Source of the DNA: Beijerinckiaceae bacterium
GTDB lineage: Bacteria; Pseudomonadota; Alphaproteobacteria; Rhizobiales; Beijerinckiaceae
Assembly (NCBI GenBank): GCA_036389455.1
Contig: DASVPW010000055.1
Location: 1 to 24,000 of the forward strand
Length of the DNA stretch: 24,000 nt
Reading direction: 5' to 3'
In this document: positions 21,206-24,000 of the stretch, piece by piece
Numbering within the stretch: the stretch's first letter is position 1
How the letters are laid out: every line of letters starts with the position of its first letter
Notes under the pieces: generated by a model
Database searches by the model: none
What the model was told of the DNA's origin: nothing
What the model saw: only the letters and a program-made list of their open reading frames with translations
Made by a program: the position numbers and the translations under genes

Positions 21206-22141
21206 ATGTCCCAGATCGCCGTCCGAGACCATGTAGGCTTTGCGGCCGAGGCCCGCCCGCGCTCGCGGGTCAGGGAGTTCTTCCAGCAAAAGTCGACGGT
21301 GGCGTTCCTGTTCACCCTGCCGCTGATCCTCCTGATCGCCGTGCTGGTGATCTATCCGGCGTTCTACTCCCTCCATCTCGCGACGCTGAACAAGCGGATG
21401 GACAAGTTCGTCGGCCTCGGCAACTTCAGCTTCCTGTTCACCCGCGAGACGTTCTGGATGGTGGTGAAGCAGAGCTGCATCTTCGCGGTGAGCGCCGTCA
21501 TCTTCAAAGCCCTCATCGGCTTCATCGTCGCCCATCTCGTGAACGCGACGCCGGCGAAGGGCCAGCGCAAGTGGCGCGGCATGCTGCTCGTGCCGTGGGT
21601 GATCCCGCCGGCGCTCTCGACGCTCACCTGGCTGTGGCTGTTCGACCCCTCCTACTCGGCCTTCAACTGGCTCCTGGCGCTCGGCGGCATCGGGCCGGTG
21701 CCGTGGACCGGCGACGCCATGTGGGCGCGCTTCGCCGTGATCCTGGTCAACGTCTGGTACGGCGCGCCGTTCTTCATGATCATGTACCTCGCGGCGCTGA
21801 AATCCGTGCCGGCCGAGCTCTACGAAGTCGCGGCGATCGACGGCGCGACGTGGTTCCAGAAGCTCTGGTACATCACCATCCCGATGATGCGGAACATCAT
21901 CGCGATCACGACCCTGTTCTCGCTCATCGTCACCTTCGCGAACTTCGACATCGTCTGGATCCTGACCGCGGGCGGACCGATCGACCGCACCCACGTGTTC
22001 GCGACCTGGGCCTTCAGGCTCGGCATCCAGGGCGGCGACATCCCGCTCGGCGCCTCGGTGTCGCTGTTCATGGTTCCGATCCTGACCGTCGCCGCGATCT
22101 TCATCCTGCGGGACATCAACAAGCGCGGGGAGCGGATCTGA
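21206..22141 (+). CDS. Carbohydrate ABC transporter permease (MalF/UgpA-like)
   Basis: 311 aa, six predicted TM. EAA-loop region AAIDGATWFQKLWYITIPMMRNII is typical of binding-protein-dependent permeases. Confidence 0.85.
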   Translation: MSQIAVRDHVGFAAEARPRSRVREFFQQKSTVAFLFTLPLILLIAVLVIYPAFYSLHLATLNKRMDKFVGLGNFSFLFTRETFWMVVKQSCIFAVSAVIFKALIGFIVAHLVNATPAKGQRKWRGMLLVPWVIPPALSTLTWLWLFDPSYSAFNWLLALGGIGPVPWTGDAMWARFAVILVNVWYGAPFFMIMYLAALKSVPAELYEVAAIDGATWFQKLWYITIPMMRNIIAITTLFSLIVTFANFDIVWILTAGGPIDRTHVFATWAFRLGIQGGDIPLGASVSLFMVPILTVAAIFILRDINKRGERI

Positions 22142-23067
22142 TGGCGACGGGCGCGCTCTCCTCCACCACCGCCACGGCGGCTGCGGCCCATGCGGACGCC
22201 GACGCCGGTCCCGTCGGCGGCGACCGCAAGTGGGCGCTGCGCCTCGCCTACGTCTTCCTCGTCCTCTTCGCGGCCTTCGCGCTGATGCCGCCGCTCTACA
22301 TGCTGATCACCGGCCTCAAGACCTCGAACGAGATCTCGGCCGCGACGAGCCCGTGGTGGGTCTACCGCCCGACGCTGTCGAACTTCACCGAGCTTCTGGC
22401 CTCGCCCCTGTTCCAGACCTTCTTCATGAACTCGGCGATCGTCGCGGTCTGCGTCGTCGTCATCACCATGCTGATCAGCGTGCCGGCGGCCTTCGCGCTG
22501 TCGCGGATGAAGTTCTGGGGCTCGGGCATCCTCGCGACCGGCGTCTTCCTCACCTATCTCATCCCCGAGACGCTGCTGTTCATCCCGCTGTTCAAGATGT
22601 TCGCGACCTTCCGCGACTGGACCGGGATCGAGCTCATCAACCGTTGGTACGTGCTGCTCCTGCTCTACCCGACGCTCACGGTGCCGTTCTGCACCTGGAT
22701 CATGATCGGCTACTTCGCCTCGATCCCGAAGGAGCTCGACGAGGCGGCCCTCATCGACGGGGCGAGCTGGATCCAGACGCTGACCAAGATCTTCATCCCC
22801 GTGGCGCTCCCCGGCCTCATCGCCGCGACGATCTTCGCCTTCACGGTCGCCTGGGCGCAGTTCCTCTACCCGCTCGCCTTCACGACCTCGCAGGACCAGC
22901 TCGTGCTCAGCGTCGGCATCGCCACGACGCTGATCAAGGCCGACGTGTTCAACTGGGGGCAGATCATGGCCGGCGCGCTCCTCGGCGCCGCCCCGCCGCT
23001 CATCATCTACGCCTTCCTGATGGACTACTACATCGCGGGGCTCACCGCGGGCGCGACGAAGGGATAG
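22141..23067 (+). CDS. Carbohydrate ABC transporter permease (MalG/UgpE-like)
   Basis: ATG at 22141 overlaps the upstream TGA (cTGATGg). About 308 aa. EAA loop AALIDGASWIQTLTKIFIPVALPGL. In frame with track ORF 21571..23067. Confidence 0.85.
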   Translation: MATGALSSTTATAAAAHADADAGPVGGDRKWALRLAYVFLVLFAAFALMPPLYMLITGLKTSNEISAATSPWWVYRPTLSNFTELLASPLFQTFFMNSAIVAVCVVVITMLISVPAAFALSRMKFWGSGILATGVFLTYLIPETLLFIPLFKMFATFRDWTGIELINRWYVLLLLYPTLTVPFCTWIMIGYFASIPKELDEAALIDGASWIQTLTKIFIPVALPGLIAATIFAFTVAWAQFLYPLAFTTSQDQLVLSVGIATTLIKADVFNWGQIMAGALLGAAPPLIIYAFLMDYYIAGLTAGATKG

Positions 23068-23080
23068 CGGCGCGGTTCGA

Positions 23081-23983
23081 TCAGAGACGGCTCGGGAGGG
23101 ACGACACGGCGTCTCCGATCGAATCGAGCGCCTCCTTGATCTGGCGGCCCCCCGGGACCGGAATGCCCAGGAGGCGAACGGTCTCGTCCTTCACGGGCGC
23201 CGCGGCGCTCCCCGGGTTCTGCGGCGGACTCTCGCCGGCATCGGCCGCAGTTTGGGCGCCGCGGGCGTTCGCGGCACGGGCGGCATGCTTCGTCCTTGGC
23301 TCGACTTTCGATGCGGCGGCGCGCAGGGTCGGCGCGGGCCTTTGCCGGGCGGCCGTTTTGGCCTTGTCGGCGGATTTGGACCGGTCCTGCCGCTGGCGCG
23401 CATCGGCTTGGGGCTTCTGCCTAGGAGGCAGGGGAGCAGGCGCGGCTTGCCGCGCCGCGATCCCGTCCAATCCGCCTTCCTGGGCTGAGGCCGTCTGCAA
23501 GCCCGTCGGGGCATCTGCCGGGCGAGGCGTTGCCGCTGCCGGTTCCGGCGGAAGCTCCGAGGTGGAGCTTCGCAGCTCCGGCGCAAGCGGCGGCGGAGCC
23601 TCCACGGCCGGAAGGAGCGGCGCCGCCTCGGAACCGCCCTGCGCGGCGATTTGGGCCCGCTCCGGAATCGCCGCGCCGGTCGGCTCGGAAGCGCCGGGCG
23701 GAGGAGCAGGCACGGCGGGCGCGGGAGCGGCCGGCCGGGCGGAGACCAGCTCGGGAACGCCGTTCTTGATCTCCGGCCAATCCGCGGCCCGTCCGACATG
23801 GACCTCGCCCCGGACCGGTTCGGAAGGGTCGGAGAGCAGCGCCATCGCCCCGGCGAACGATCCCGCCAGACCGGCGATCCCGACGGCGATCTGAAGCCCG
23901 AGCACGACCGATCTCCGGCCCGCCCGCGGGCGCACGTCACGGCGATCGGCCTTGACCGGCGGCATACCCGACACTCTCTTCAC
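23081..23983 (-). CDS. Membrane-anchored Pro/Ala-rich protein (hypothetical), start uncertain
   Basis: 300 aa from a GTG at 23983; an alternative ATG is at 23965. One N-terminal TM (SVVLGLQIAVGIAGLAGSFAGAMALL), then Pro/Ala-rich and basic tracts and an ordered-looking C-terminus VRLLGIPVPGGRQIKEALDSIGDAV. The other two overlapping frames are Arg-rich artefacts. Confidence 0.5.
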   Translation of the reverse strand: MKRVSGMPPVKADRRDVRPRAGRRSVVLGLQIAVGIAGLAGSFAGAMALLSDPSEPVRGEVHVGRAADWPEIKNGVPELVSARPAAPAPAVPAPPPGASEPTGAAIPERAQIAAQGGSEAAPLLPAVEAPPPLAPELRSSTSELPPEPAAATPRPADAPTGLQTASAQEGGLDGIAARQAAPAPLPPRQKPQADARQRQDRSKSADKAKTAARQRPAPTLRAAASKVEPRTKHAARAANARGAQTAADAGESPPQNPGSAAAPVKDETVRLLGIPVPGGRQIKEALDSIGDAVSSLPSRL

Positions 23984-24000
23984 GATCGGAGAAGAGGCAC

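Noticed and set aside
1-24000. Searched by eye for CRISPR arrays, tRNA/rRNA genes, transposases, IS inverted repeats, integrases and toxin-antitoxin pairs
   Set aside because: None found. The only tandem repeat is the in-frame 75-bp coding repeat at 7635-7820.

Overview
Very GC-rich (~70% by eye) chromosomal window with the gene content of an alphaproteobacterium, probably Rhizobiales/Methylobacterium-like (taxon is inference). I support about 30 protein-coding genes and found no rRNA, tRNA, CRISPR array or transposase. Left to right: (1) a sugar-acid (Weimberg/AraBCD-like) catabolic cluster of an IlvD/Edd dehydratase (partial), an orphan TctC/Bug binding protein, a DHDPS/KdgD-like enzyme and an SMP-30 lactonase; (2) a SemiSWEET gene; (3) an isolated PomA/MotA-MotB stator pair; (4) an NdvA/ChvA-like cyclic-glucan ABC exporter; (5) a signal-peptide protein made of 25-aa tandem repeats; (6) a luxR-luxI quorum-sensing pair whose synthase gene runs into a receiver-domain gene lacking the phospho-acceptor Asp; (7) rlpA-like and rsmE genes; (8) a minus-strand block of Crp/Fnr regulator, DUF2946-like protein, YcnI-PCuAC copper-chaperone fusion, NepR-like anti-sigma factor, canonical single-domain response regulator and two tiny hydrophobic ORFs; (9) gshA, a PaaI thioesterase, a TMD-only CDF transporter, a Pro/Ala/Gln-rich secreted protein, a 51-aa membrane protein and an 88-aa hypothetical; (10) a sugar ABC importer (SBP plus two permeases, no ATPase) and a Pro-rich membrane-anchored protein. 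The strongest sequence-level signal is three perfect GGAAC-N16-CGTT motifs, the alphaproteobacterial sigma-EcfG general-stress-response promoter consensus. My hand scan of both strands found only these three, and each is intergenic and correctly oriented upstream of a gene (SemiSWEET, RlpA-like, 51-aa membrane protein). With the orphan NepR-like/receiver operon, this makes the window look enriched in general-stress-response components. Other leads are the luxI-linked aspartate-less receiver, the repeat peptide whose copies differ mostly by synonymous changes, and two strong plus-strand intrinsic terminators with no upstream plus-strand ORF (candidate sRNAs or leaders). Family assignments come from reading the translations, not from database searches. 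I cannot show that any one of these is a new system.
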